64,000 nucleotides of DNA, from assembly GCA_021613535.1 (NCBI GenBank), contig CP075496.1, positions 14,880,001 through 14,944,000 on the forward strand. Reading direction: 5' to 3'. The position numbers and the translations under genes are program-made. Source of the stretch: Adineta vaga. Its lineage: Eukaryota; Animalia; Rotifera. The notes beneath the pieces were generated by a model. That model ran no database searches. It saw only the letters and a program-made list of their open reading frames with translations, and had not been told where the DNA came from. How positions within the stretch are numbered: position 1 is the first letter of the stretch; every line of letters begins with the position of its first letter. Shown one piece after another: positions 12,362 through 24,399 of the stretch.

Positions 12362-15300
12362 ATGAATTCTCTCGAACCAATTGCACTTGTTGGTATTTCA
12401 TGTGAATTTGCTGGAGACATTCATTCACCCGTCGATTTCTGGCAATCACTTCAAGAGAGTCGCGATTTAAGCAGTGATGTACGTGAAGAATGTATGAATT
12501 TGAAGTCTGCTTTTCTGGCACATATGCTAAATCAAGATAATAATGGTAATTTCGAGAAAAAGTTCATTCGCCGAGGTTATTTTCTGTCTACTTCCCAATG
12601 GGACACATTTGAGCCAAGTTTCTTTGGTTTGTCTGATGGTGAAACAGGAACTATTGATCCGTGTCATCGACTTCTTATGCTCAAGTTCGTTCATCTACTT
12701 GAAGATGCTGGCTATACCATGGAAAAAATGCGAGGTTCACAAACATCAGTGCATATAGCTCAGTTCTCTGGAGATCATTCAGTTACATTATCACGACTTA
12801 AACCTGAACAGCGGTCACGATTCCATGGGCCTAATACATTACTGTATAATGCCGCGGCTCGGCTTTCATATCATTTTGACTTACGTGGCCCCAATCTATC
12901 AATGGATGTTGCTTGTTCAGGATCACTTCAGGCCTTACATCTAGCTGTACAGGCCCTGCGCGCAGGTGAAGCAGATATGGCCGTTTGTGGTGGAGTTAAT
13001 TCGGTATATACTCCTGAAAATCTTTTGCATGCTTCAATTCTTGGTGCTATGTCACCCGAGGGGAGAAGTCGATCATTTAGCGCTGATGCCAATGGCTATG
13101 CGAAAGGTAACCGAATCATTTTTCTTATCAGGAAGAGTTCGAAATTGTGGCAATTGATACTTCATTGATAAGATGACTATTTGAGTGCAGAATGTACATG
13201 TATTAGTTTACGTATTCGATCTTGATCATATTGTATAGCGTAAGAGAAGTGAAAAATCGTATGATATTTTTACTATAATCAAGTTTATGCTTGAGGCAGA
13301 GATACTCTATCGACTGAAGTCTTGTTTTAGCCGTTGCTCAGAATATTATTTAATCAGAAAGCGACTTATCAAATTGACTTTTATTTAACTTGATGCATTC
13401 TTTGATCGGATGAAGAATGTTTGAATATTCTTCTTCACTATTGATAATAATATATTCGAAACTACTTTTTGCAAGAGAAAAGTGAATAAACGTTTTGCTG
13501 GAACCTATCAAAACAACTTTTAAAATGGCTATCTAACTGTTCTATATAAATAGAACGCTTAAATATTCTTTTGTTGTCGATGAATAAGTAAATAATTTCC
13601 TTAGAAAAGAATGTAGATATTTTATGCCAGTTTTTCTTTTCATAATTCGTTTCTTAGTATACATAATTTCGAACGTACTAGCTATGTTTATTAATTTGCA
13701 GAACCGAAAAATTTTGTTTATAGAGAGAAAGTAATCCACTCCAGTATTGCCTAACATAAATAGACAAATTCTAAAACTTTTCATATATTCTCTTTTAAAA
13801 GGTGAAGGTCTGGGGCTTGTTCTTTTGAAACGATTGAGTGATGCTGAACGCGATGGTGATCGAATTTATTGTGTGATACGCGACATTCTCAGTAATCATG
13901 ATGGCTGCGACGGTAAAAATAGTTATGTTGTTCCTTCCGAATCTGGTCAACAACAGCTGCTTAACCAGGTGTATAGTCGAACTCAATATGATCCAAGTCG
14001 TATCTTCTACGTTGAAGCACATGGAACAGGAACATTAGTCGGTGATCCAATTGAAGCAAACACACTTGGACGTTTCTTTAATAGGTCTTCATTTGATCCT
14101 CCACTTCTTATTGGATCAGTCAAAAGTAATATTGGTCATACAGAAGGAACAGCCGGTGTTGCTTCTCTTATCAAAGCAGCTCTTTGTATGCGGTATCGAG
14201 CCATTCCACCTAATTTAAATTTCTCAACACTCAATCCGAAAATTGAAGCGAAACGCTATAATCTTCACGTAGTTCAGAGTATGGTGCCGTTTCCATCAGA
14301 TGATGCTGCAAGTCTAGGTCAGCCAGTAGCGCTTGGAATTAATTCATTTGGAATTGGTGGTAATAATGCACACGCCATAATTGAAGAGTACAAACAACCT
14401 AAGCGTTTAACAAATGGATATGCGAAAGCAGAAGTACAAGATTTATTACAGTATCGACAACATTTTCTTTTTGTTTTTTCAAGTAAGTTCTCATATACTT
14501 ATATAAATAGTCATCATTGTTTCATGCTGTTCTATTTTTCCTTCTATTTTTCCAATAGGCAAAAGATATGAATCACTTCAGAAACAAATAGCTCAATTTA
14601 ATGTCTGGCTACAACATGCTCTATCAAACAAGGATAGAGATGAGCATTCTTTACTCATGCGTATCTCCCAACATCTACTTCTTAAACGAACGCTCAGTTA
14701 TGAACATTTCGCTATATTCGTGTCATCTGAAAGTAAACAATTACAAGAACAGGTTGCTTCTTTTTTGGCCGAGCAACCATCAATACCTGGTCTTTTAGTT
14801 TCAAAATCTGCTTTACCGTTCAATGGTGATCGTCGTATATGTTTTGTTTTCAGCGGTCAAGGGCCTCAATGGTGGGCAATGGGACGGCAATTATATACGA
14901 CAGAACCTATTTTTCAAAAATGGATTAAGAAGATCGATGAAGAATTAATTAAGGTTAATAACAATGAATGGAGTCTTTTGCATGAATTGATTGAAAAGAA
15001 CAGTGAACATGAATCCCGTATCAATGATACAAATATTGCTCAGCCAGCCCTATTTGCTGTACAAGTTGGTCTTGCAGCTCTCCTTGTCTCGTGGCATATT
15101 TTGCCATCGGCAATTGTATCACATAGTGCTGGAGAACAAGCGGCTGCATTTGTTGCAGGTCGTATATCATTAGAAGAAGCAGTTCGTATTGTTTATCATC
15201 GATCTCGTCTTCAACATCGAAATACACGGCAAGGTGGTCGAATGTTAGCCGTGGGAATGAGTGAACAAGAAGCACGTGAACATTTACTCAATGGTGTAGA

Positions 15301-18300
15301 ACATCTTGTATGTGTTGCCGTCATCAATAGTCCTCGATCAATCACTTTGAGTGGTGAAGCTCAGAATATTAATGAAATTCAACAAATTCTTACAACTTTT
15401 CATCCAAATGTATTCAAAGCTCAATTACGTATTGAAAATGCTTTTCATTCACATCAAATGGATCGATTTGATATTGAACAAGAAATGCTCTCGATGCTTG
15501 CTGATATTCGAGGTCTTCCACTAGAAAATCGTAAACAAATGTTTGATGAAAGATGTGCACATGTTCCTATTTATTCAAGTGTTACTGGATATGAAATGAA
15601 TGAAACGACACCATTTGATGCTCGTTACTGGTGGTCAAACGTTCGACAATGTGTTCGATTTAGCGATGCCATGCAGACAATTATCAAAGATGAAGTTGCC
15701 GATACTTTCCTCGAACTCTCACCACATCCTGTCTTGGCTACATCAATTCGAGAGTGTTGTGAACTGAAAAATTATCAGGCATTGATTTTATCTACACTGA
15801 AACGAAAAGACGATGAACAAGTAACACTTCTTACAAGCCTTGCACAATTATCCCATTCATCTGTCGTATGGCATTCATATTTCTCTTCACGTTCTATTCA
15901 TTCAGACGAAAGTGATTTTGATGATGAAAAGTATTTATTTGATTCATTTCCGTTATATGAATTTAACAAGAGTACCTTCTGGTATGAATCAAAAAATTCT
16001 GTATTAGACCGACGTGCTCATCGACTTTCTGAACATCCACTTTTGGGTGTTCGCCAACTAACTCAGGAACATACATCAGCTGTATGGAGGAGTTTAATTA
16101 ATCTACAATTACCTCAATATCAATATTTACGTGATCATAAAATACAGGATGCTATTCTATTTCCAGCCACAGGTTTTATCGAACTTGCTATTGCAGCATG
16201 CCATGAATTGATTCCAAGAGTGGGTGATGAACCTTTACAACCACTTGCTTTCGAACAAGTTGAATATCTCAAAGCACTTCATCTTACAGAAAATGAGTTA
16301 ACAGAAGTATTTACTGAAATAATTGGTGTACCTATACGTGAATGGCATGTCTACAGTCGTTCATGGTCGTCATCTGCTCTTGATTGTACACGCACAGGTG
16401 GAATGGCTGGTACAGATGTCGTTGAATCATTTGTCGATAAACAAATACTCAATAAACATGCAATGCAAGAATATACTCTTCATGCTCGAGGTCGTATTGA
16501 TTTTGGTACACATCTGAATTTGTACGCAACATCGGCTATTCGACATGACCCTGAACATACGCGATTTATCGAGCAAGATATAAATCAAGTTTATGCATTT
16601 CTTTCAACCCGAGGTTATCAATATGGACCAACATTTCGTACAACTGAATCACTTAAAACATCCAAATCAGAAATCATTGCTCATAGTATATTTAAAAATG
16701 AAGAAAATGAAACCAAATATTACATGAATCCTCGAATGGCTGATGGTAGTTGTAATTCTGTCATTTCGATAGTGCCTGGTCACGATTTATATCTTCCGTC
16801 AGGTATTGGTAAAATAATCTGCTTCACTAAGACAACTGGTATTACCGATCTAATAACTCATGGTACTTTTCATTCGACTGTAGCAGGTGTTGCTTCAGAA
16901 CGATCATATTCCATCGATATGTCTGTCTTTGATGGTAGTAAAGAAACAACGAATAGCAAACCAATTTGTATCATTCAAAGTTTCAAATACGATCGTGTTC
17001 CTGGTGTGGTAACTGGCGATAAAACTGTTTTCGAAAAAGTTAACGAAATTGCGAATTTGCCTAATGCGAATTCAACTGATCATATCGATAAAATTTTTAA
17101 TGAGTATTGTTTTGAAAAGAAATGGTCACCAAAAGCAATGACCACAACTACAGCAATCAAATCTATTATCGATTCATTTCCAGCAATAAATACTTTGATT
17201 GGCGATCATAACTTGGAAGTTGAAAATGAAATAGACAAACAACTTGAAAAATCTCTTGCAGAAGTAAATGCATTAGCATCAAGCTTTGCTTTTCTTGCCA
17301 TTAAACAATTAACTAATCGAGATAACAATGATGATCAAGTGAACTCGAACAAACTCGAACAATATGTACGTAACGATGAAATTCATTATCAACGATTATT
17401 TCGTGCTTGTCTCGAATTAGCCAAGAATTGTTCAAATGATATAAACACTATTAATTCAATTCAACTCGAACGTAAACGGTTACTTACTCAGTATCCTAGT
17501 CTTCAGCCACTTCTTACTGTTCTATTTGAATGCGGTTCACGTCTTAGTCGAATTCTTACAGGTGAAGAACAACCTGAAGACTTTCTCATTCTTGATCATA
17601 CAATGAAAGAGCAAGAAATAACAGCAGCGAAAGCATTACAACAAGTTCAAAGTATTCTCATGGCTGCAAACAGTAAAACAGAAACTATATTTCGATTATT
17701 TTTGAATCATATCAAGAATAATAAATGTAATAAAGAACAAGAACCACAGCTAAGAATGGAAAATCGATTACGTATAATGTTTATTGGTGGTGGAACAAGT
17801 GACGTTGCTCTACCTCTTCTTCAACAACTTGAAGATTATATTACAAATGAAAATGAAACCATTCAGACTGAAATTGTTTACACAGATGTGACACAAGCTC
17901 TTCTAGATGAAGCTAAACAAATATTTGAACATTCACCACTACTGAAAGCAAATAAACAACGTTTTTCTTTAAATTATCATCTATATGATATAGAAAATGA
18001 TAATTACATAACTAACACAATTGTTACTGAATCATTCGACATTATCTTTGCTGCTAATGTACTTCATACAACTAATGATCGAATCCAGTCATTGTCAACA
18101 TTGCGATGTCTACTTGTTCCAGGTGGTCTTCTCTTTCTTGTTGAATTAACTTGTTGTCATGCTTACTTTGATTTATTCTATGGTTTATTTGCATATTGGT
18201 GGCGAGAAAATGATCAACGTGCTCTACTTTCAATCGACCAATGGACGAAACATGTAGAATCGGCAGGTGGATTTGATCTCCCATTAACTGTTATATCAAC

Positions 18301-21300
18301 GACAAAATTGAATAATAAATTTGGTGATTCACTTCTGATTATTCAAAAAAGTCGATCACGTTCCATTCTCACTTCTCTTCCTGAATGGAAACAACAAAAT
18401 TGGTTAATACTAACCGATCAAAATCGAAAAATAGCTAGTGCACTTACTCCTTATTTGTCTTGTTCAAATCCACGAATCATAAATAATGATAATACATTTA
18501 CAATAAAAGATATTTGCCATGAAATTACGGAAATATTAACACAACATGAACAACAATTACATTTAGTTTTTGCTTGGCCACTCGATTTCACTATCGATAA
18601 TAACGATCAACAACAAGTAGCAATCAAATATCAAGAAATAGAACAATTATGTAATACTCTAATTCAAATATTACAGACGATACAAATTGCACAACCTTCT
18701 AATTATCCATTTATTTATATTTTAACAGAAAATGCTCAACAAGTAAGAACAACTACGGCAAATCCTCTTTTATCATCACTCATTGGTCTTGCACGTAGTT
18801 TAACTATTGAATGTTCCGGTAATGGTGGCCAAGGACATCGAATTAAACTTATTGACTTACAACCAGCTGATGAACGTTTTGTATCTGTATTAGCCAGACA
18901 TATGAATGAATGTCGATGGACTGATAATTTAGATGAAATTATTCTTCGCCAAGACGACAACAAAATAGAAAATGTTATTCGTCTTGAGTGGAATTATGAA
19001 ACAGTTCAAACACAAGAAAAAAATTCAAATACAGTAGAATCACAAACTTTAACTAAAACAATCGTCCCTCTTTATGATGCTGATCAAACACCATTTCGTC
19101 TGCAAGTAGCTCCATCAAGATTTCTTGCTGATCTTGTTTGGGTTCCTGATGCACCACTTCTCTCACCACCAGCTGCTCATAAGATACATATTCGTGTTCA
19201 TTGTGTGGGTCTTAATTTTCGAGATGTACTCAAAGCGTCCGGCGTCTATCCACATACACGTTTATTTGCTCAACTGGACAAGGACCAACCAGCGAACGAT
19301 CGTGATGATTGTCCGGGTATTGATTTTTCAGGCACAGTTATTCGTTGTTCACCTGATAGTCGGTTAAAATTAGGTGATCGTGTTTTTGGTTGTTGTTTAC
19401 AAGGAGCATTTCATTCTCATCTTTGTGTTGAAGAAGATGAAGTTATACGTGTTCCAAATAATTGTCATCTCACTTATGAACAATTAGCATCATTGCCGAC
19501 TGCATTCAATACAGCATTATATTCTCTCAAATATCGTGTTCATTTAGAGTCTGATCACATTGTACTTGTACATGCAGCAACAGGCTCTACTGGACAAGCA
19601 TTTATACAATATTGTCAAGCAATTGGAGCGCATGTTATTGCTACAGCAGGTACTGATGAAAAACGTCGTTTTCTGCGTGAACAATTTGGACTCGAACATG
19701 TGTTTAATAGTCGAGATCTGTCATTTGTTGCAGAAGTTGAAAAAATTGCACCTGATGGAGTCGATGTTGTTGTTAATTCTCTTACTGGTCCATTACTTCA
19801 AGCATCTGTTCAACTTCTTGCTCAACATGGTCATTTTGTTGAACTTGGAAAACGAGACATTTTCGATAAGAATACTTTATCATTATTTAATTTACGAAAA
19901 GATTGTACTTTTCACGTCATTGATTTATCTTTATTAGTTCTTGGTCGCCGAAAGAAACAATCTGTACAAATAATGAATGATTTAGAAAAATATATTTCAA
20001 GTGAACAATTTAAACCAATTGAACCAATAACAACTGTTGAACCATCAAATGTTATTGAAGCTTTTACAAAATGTAATCTTGGTAAAATGATGGGCAAAAT
20101 AATCATTCGTTTATCAAATTCCACTGAACAACTTCAAATTGAAATGAAATCACAAGAAATGCTTACAAAAGAGAACGAAGGTTAGTTCATTTACTGTAAT
20201 AATGTGATATATCTAATAAGCAATTGATTTTATTTTCACAAGAACATGTCGAGATAACTTATAAGTTGTCATCTGAATTATCTATATATACAGTGGTTTG
20301 CTAAAAGAATTGAAATACTCTCGGAGTATAAACATTGAGGGTGTGGGTGAAGGTGGGTGTATATCTTCTCCTCTTGCCCGCATTCCCATACACTCACACC
20401 CACCCACACCCACACCCACACCCACACCCTTTATACTAGTGGCATAAGCAACAGATGCTGGTCGATTATTCAATCAGTAAAAAAATTGATTAAGTTTCGT
20501 GTCAGGTATTCTAAGACGACAAACTCATAACTGTCAGCCAGACTAACATTCATTTGAAACTAGTTGAAATAGTCGTTGGTACAGGATGAACATTTGTTCC
20601 AACTATTTTTGCGAACCATCGTATATGCAGTGGCACAAAAATTTTGCCGTTTAATGCATAGCCTTTGTTTTAATCTTTTTCATACGGTCTAGCCAATAGA
20701 TCATATTACGGTATTGAAGTTTTGATCACTGAGAAGAGGTTTGAAACTACTATACAATAATTACACTCACTCATACTAGTCATAAAAACATTTTCTATAT
20801 CGAAAAATATTGCACTATGTTATCGTGAAGCTAAAAATGTGGTTCGTCAGTCCTCAATATATGAAATCACTATATGGTCACCTAATAGCGCAAGTCTCGG
20901 TTTAGCTGAATTATTCTACCAGATCATTTAATCAACTTATATCAATGAAAAACTTCGAGATATTGGTAGATCGGAAAGATTCGAATGTGAAAAGTAGAGT
21001 AAAGTTCAAGCGTAATCTATAAATTTCCTAACCACTTCGAAAAACGTCAGATTATTATCCTCTATAAAGCTCATAGAGAGTCAGCAACTTTTAATAATCA
21101 ATGTGTTTATAGAGTAACAACATTAAAAGGTCTTAATAGCTCATACTTCTATTAGAAGAATCTTGCAAAAAATCTATCGGCAATTATTTTTGCACTGTAC
21201 CGTATATTTACAACAATATAAGAAAGAAAAGGAGCAATGAATCCATAATTATTTGAATAAACAGTCGAAGAAAAAAATACACTGAGAAATGAGTTATTGA

Positions 21301-23172
21301 TAGTACAATGTCAACCATAGTATACAGAAGAAACGATCTTTTGTGCTCACCTTCTCAATATCAGTCGCTCAACAATTGATCAATCTTGTGGCAATTTGAT
21401 AAATAGTTGATAATATTTTGAATATGATAAGATTCTATAAGGAAAAATAACAATTAAAATTATCATAAAATACACGTCTAACTATTTTTATCAATTGAAT
21501 ACGATAGAAATAGCTTTCGCTTCAACATCTTGGTAAAATAACCATCCATTGTATTTGTTTAGAACATTGTATGTTTCCTTCAATTGTTTGTGATCAAGGA
21601 ACAATTTTAATTTCTGGCGGCTTTGGTGGTCTTGGTTTAACCATGTCTCGATGGATGGTAGAAGAACGAAATGTGAAGCGAATCGTTTTAATGAGTCGTC
21701 GAACATTATCAGAACTCGAACAACCAGATAATCCACAATATACACAATGGATTCAATTAAAACAAATATGTCAAACTAAGAAGAACATTGTTCATATTGA
21801 TGTTGTTCAAGTAGATGTAACTAATTTTGAAGATGTACGTGATTTAATTAAACGATTAAATCAAAGTGCATATCCTGTACGTGGTATTATTCATAGTGCT
21901 GTCGTTTCACAAGATAAACTTTTAAAAAATATTACTCCTGAAACACTCAAAATTGCAATGGATGCTAAAATTCGTGGTGCTTGGAATCTTCATCATGCAG
22001 TATGTCAAAATCAAGTACCTCTCAATTTTTTTCTCATGTTTTCATCTGTTCGAAATCATATGGTCGATTTTGGATCTGCAGGATATAACGCAGGAAATGA
22101 ATTTCTTGATGCTTTGACACATTATCGTTCTAAAATTCTTCATCAACCGACACTTTCTATTAGTTTACCTGCAATAAGTGGCGCTGGTATGTTTCATCGA
22201 GAACGAAATATATTAAGTCAGTTATATTCAAGTCATGGCTTTGAAACAGTTCCTACAGTAATCACATTTGAATTAATTGATCGACTATTTATAAATCAAC
22301 AACGAAATTCGTGTCCAATTATTTTTGCCTGCAATTGGAAAATTATGGGTGCTTCAGCTAACAAAGATCATTTGGCCACTTATCAATTAACTCAACTTGT
22401 TGCTCAACAACAAATGGCGCAAGAAAATGAGTATGATAGTTCAGCTAAGGTTCAAATAGGTATAAGAACAATGCAAGTTGACGAAGTTATTGATCGGACA
22501 CAGGCTACTGTTGCTCGTCTTCTTGGATCATCCAATGTTGAACGAATTGAAATCGAACGCTCTCTTCTTGCTCAAGGAATGGATTCATTAGCTGGTGTTT
22601 CACTGTATAATTGGTTAGGTCAATACTTTGGCATCTTTATTCCATTATCTGATATTCTTCAAGGCATTACTATTCAAAATATTGCCAAACATATACTTGA
22701 TAAATTGGAAGAACAAAAACAAACGACAACTTCTACAATATTAACAGTATCTGAGACGATATCACCAGACAATAATGATAAAGTGATATTGACAGATGAT
22801 TTATCTTCATATACAGGGATGAATAATATTATTAGTGTCATTCAACCTAAAAACAACGATAGTATCATAGTCCAACGTATCGTCTTTTGTCTCGGTGTTG
22901 CAACTACATCTCTCGATAAAATTCTACCAAAGCAGCAGTCGTTATTGTCTTCATTAATATATGTTCTATGTATTCCGAATGGTTCATCTGCAACGACTGA
23001 AACAATTGCTCAAATGCGTCGAATTCAACCTCGCGGTCCATATTCATTGATAACATTCAGTGAACAAGGAGAACATCTTGCGCATCAAATAATCAAGCAA
23101 CTCGCTGAGCAACATCAACAAGCGGGTGTTGAATATTTTTCGGCAATGGTCGATCCTATACCACTGAAATAA
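12362..23172 (+). CDS. Highly reducing iterative type I polyketide synthase (KS-AT-DH-cMT-ER-KR-ACP-degenerate TE), ~2885 aa
   Basis: Exons 12362-13106, 13802-14482, 14559-20180 and 21563-23172 join in frame through GT-AG introns (8658 nt). Motifs: KS DVACSGS/HGTGT/NIGHTE; AT GQGPQW/SHSAG/AFHS; DH HPLLG/DHKIQDAILFP; MT FIGGGT/ANVLH/LVPGG; ER GLNFRD/LVHAATG; KR GGFGGLG/YNAGN; ACP GMDSL. Confidence 0.95.
20291..20621. mobile_element. Tc1/mariner-type MITE in PKS intron 3
   Basis: TA-CAGTGGTTTGCTAAAAGAATTGAA...TTCCAACTATTTTTGCGAACCATCG-TA: imperfect TIRs with TA flanks. Confidence 0.6.
20336..20429. repeat. Interstitial telomere-like hexamers (TGTGGG/CCCACA)
   Basis: tgagggtgtgggtgaaggtggg followed by the opposite-orientation tract cacccacacccacacccacacccacaccc. 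Confidence 0.7.
20628..21197. mobile_element. Second Tc1/mariner-type MITE in PKS intron 3
   Basis: CAGTGGCACAAAAATTTTGCCG...CGGCAATTATTTTTGCACTG-TA. Confidence 0.6.
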
Positions 23173-24399
23173 TCACCACAAAACGAATTAAGAAACACTA
23201 TAATCATAAACAGACATAAAATGGGAATTAACCATGTTATAGATGTGAATTCGTTTTCACAACCAATGCTATTCCTTCTTTATCTAGTATTTGTGATGTC
23301 CTTCATTACAAAATTTATTTAATAAAAACTTGAAAATCAGTCCACTTAGCTTAAGAAACGTTTTCAGTGCAATCTCTGTTGGATTAAAAATGTCAAACAC
23401 GATAAATCGAGGTATATTATACAGCATATATGACTCGTTCGGTTAAGCGGCTATTTTGACCTTTAGCACTTTATAGATCATTGCCTATAGTAGAAAAGCG
23501 AGGCCGCTACGATGTTGATAACAGTCTTTGATAGCTAGTTAGCTAACCAAAACATTGACAGAAGTAAGTTATTTCTGATTAAATAGTTAATTAATTAATC
23601 AAATCTCGATCACAGTATATAAGTGGGCCATAGAGTCTATGGTGACTATCCTACACATGAACTATGAGAGGAGGCAAAGAAAGAGTCGTTGAGTTGGTCG
23701 GTACCTTGACGGGGGGAGGGGAGGGAAGGGATAGTCACTATTGAGTCTATTTCTACAGATCGTTCGATGATAGTTTTAGACAAAGTCATCGGTTAGTCAT
23801 TAGTTGTCAGAGGGGCGAGTGGATCCAAATTTTTACCCTTAAATACTTCAACACTATCTTTTAGTTCGTATTTCACAAAAGAATTAAGTGTCAATCAATA
23901 TGTATATAAGTAGATGCGTCATCGTGAAAGATCAAAATATGTGTTACAGAAGTTTCTTCTATAAATTTCGAAGAAACCTGCAGAAATATTAAGGGACAAC
24001 AAGATACTAAAAATATTAGCCTTCTTACATGACTCTTGAGCTACGTCATTTCAATAGTATAGATACTCATTTTGTATTACAATTTATCTACTGTAACAAC
24101 ACATCATATAATGTTCAACCAAGTTATAACGCATAACTCCTTTTTAAACAGCAACTTATTTTTATTTCTTATGTCTTAATAATCACATTACATTCAAATA
24201 TAGCTGATTGAGCACAAAAGAGAGATGCTTTTCTGTTTTTGATGTTTATACAGAGCGTAAAAAATTCTCGAGTTCGAAAGGTTTAAAAAACAATCTCAAT
24301 GACATAAATGACTGTATTTGTTAAAATATGCCCAGACCAAATTTTATTGTTAAATTGTTCTAGAAAACAACGAAAAGACATCAGAGAAACGGTTAAGAA

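Noticed and set aside
20282-20473. GVGVGV-repeat ORF
   Set aside because: Translation of the hexamer repeat inside a PKS intron.
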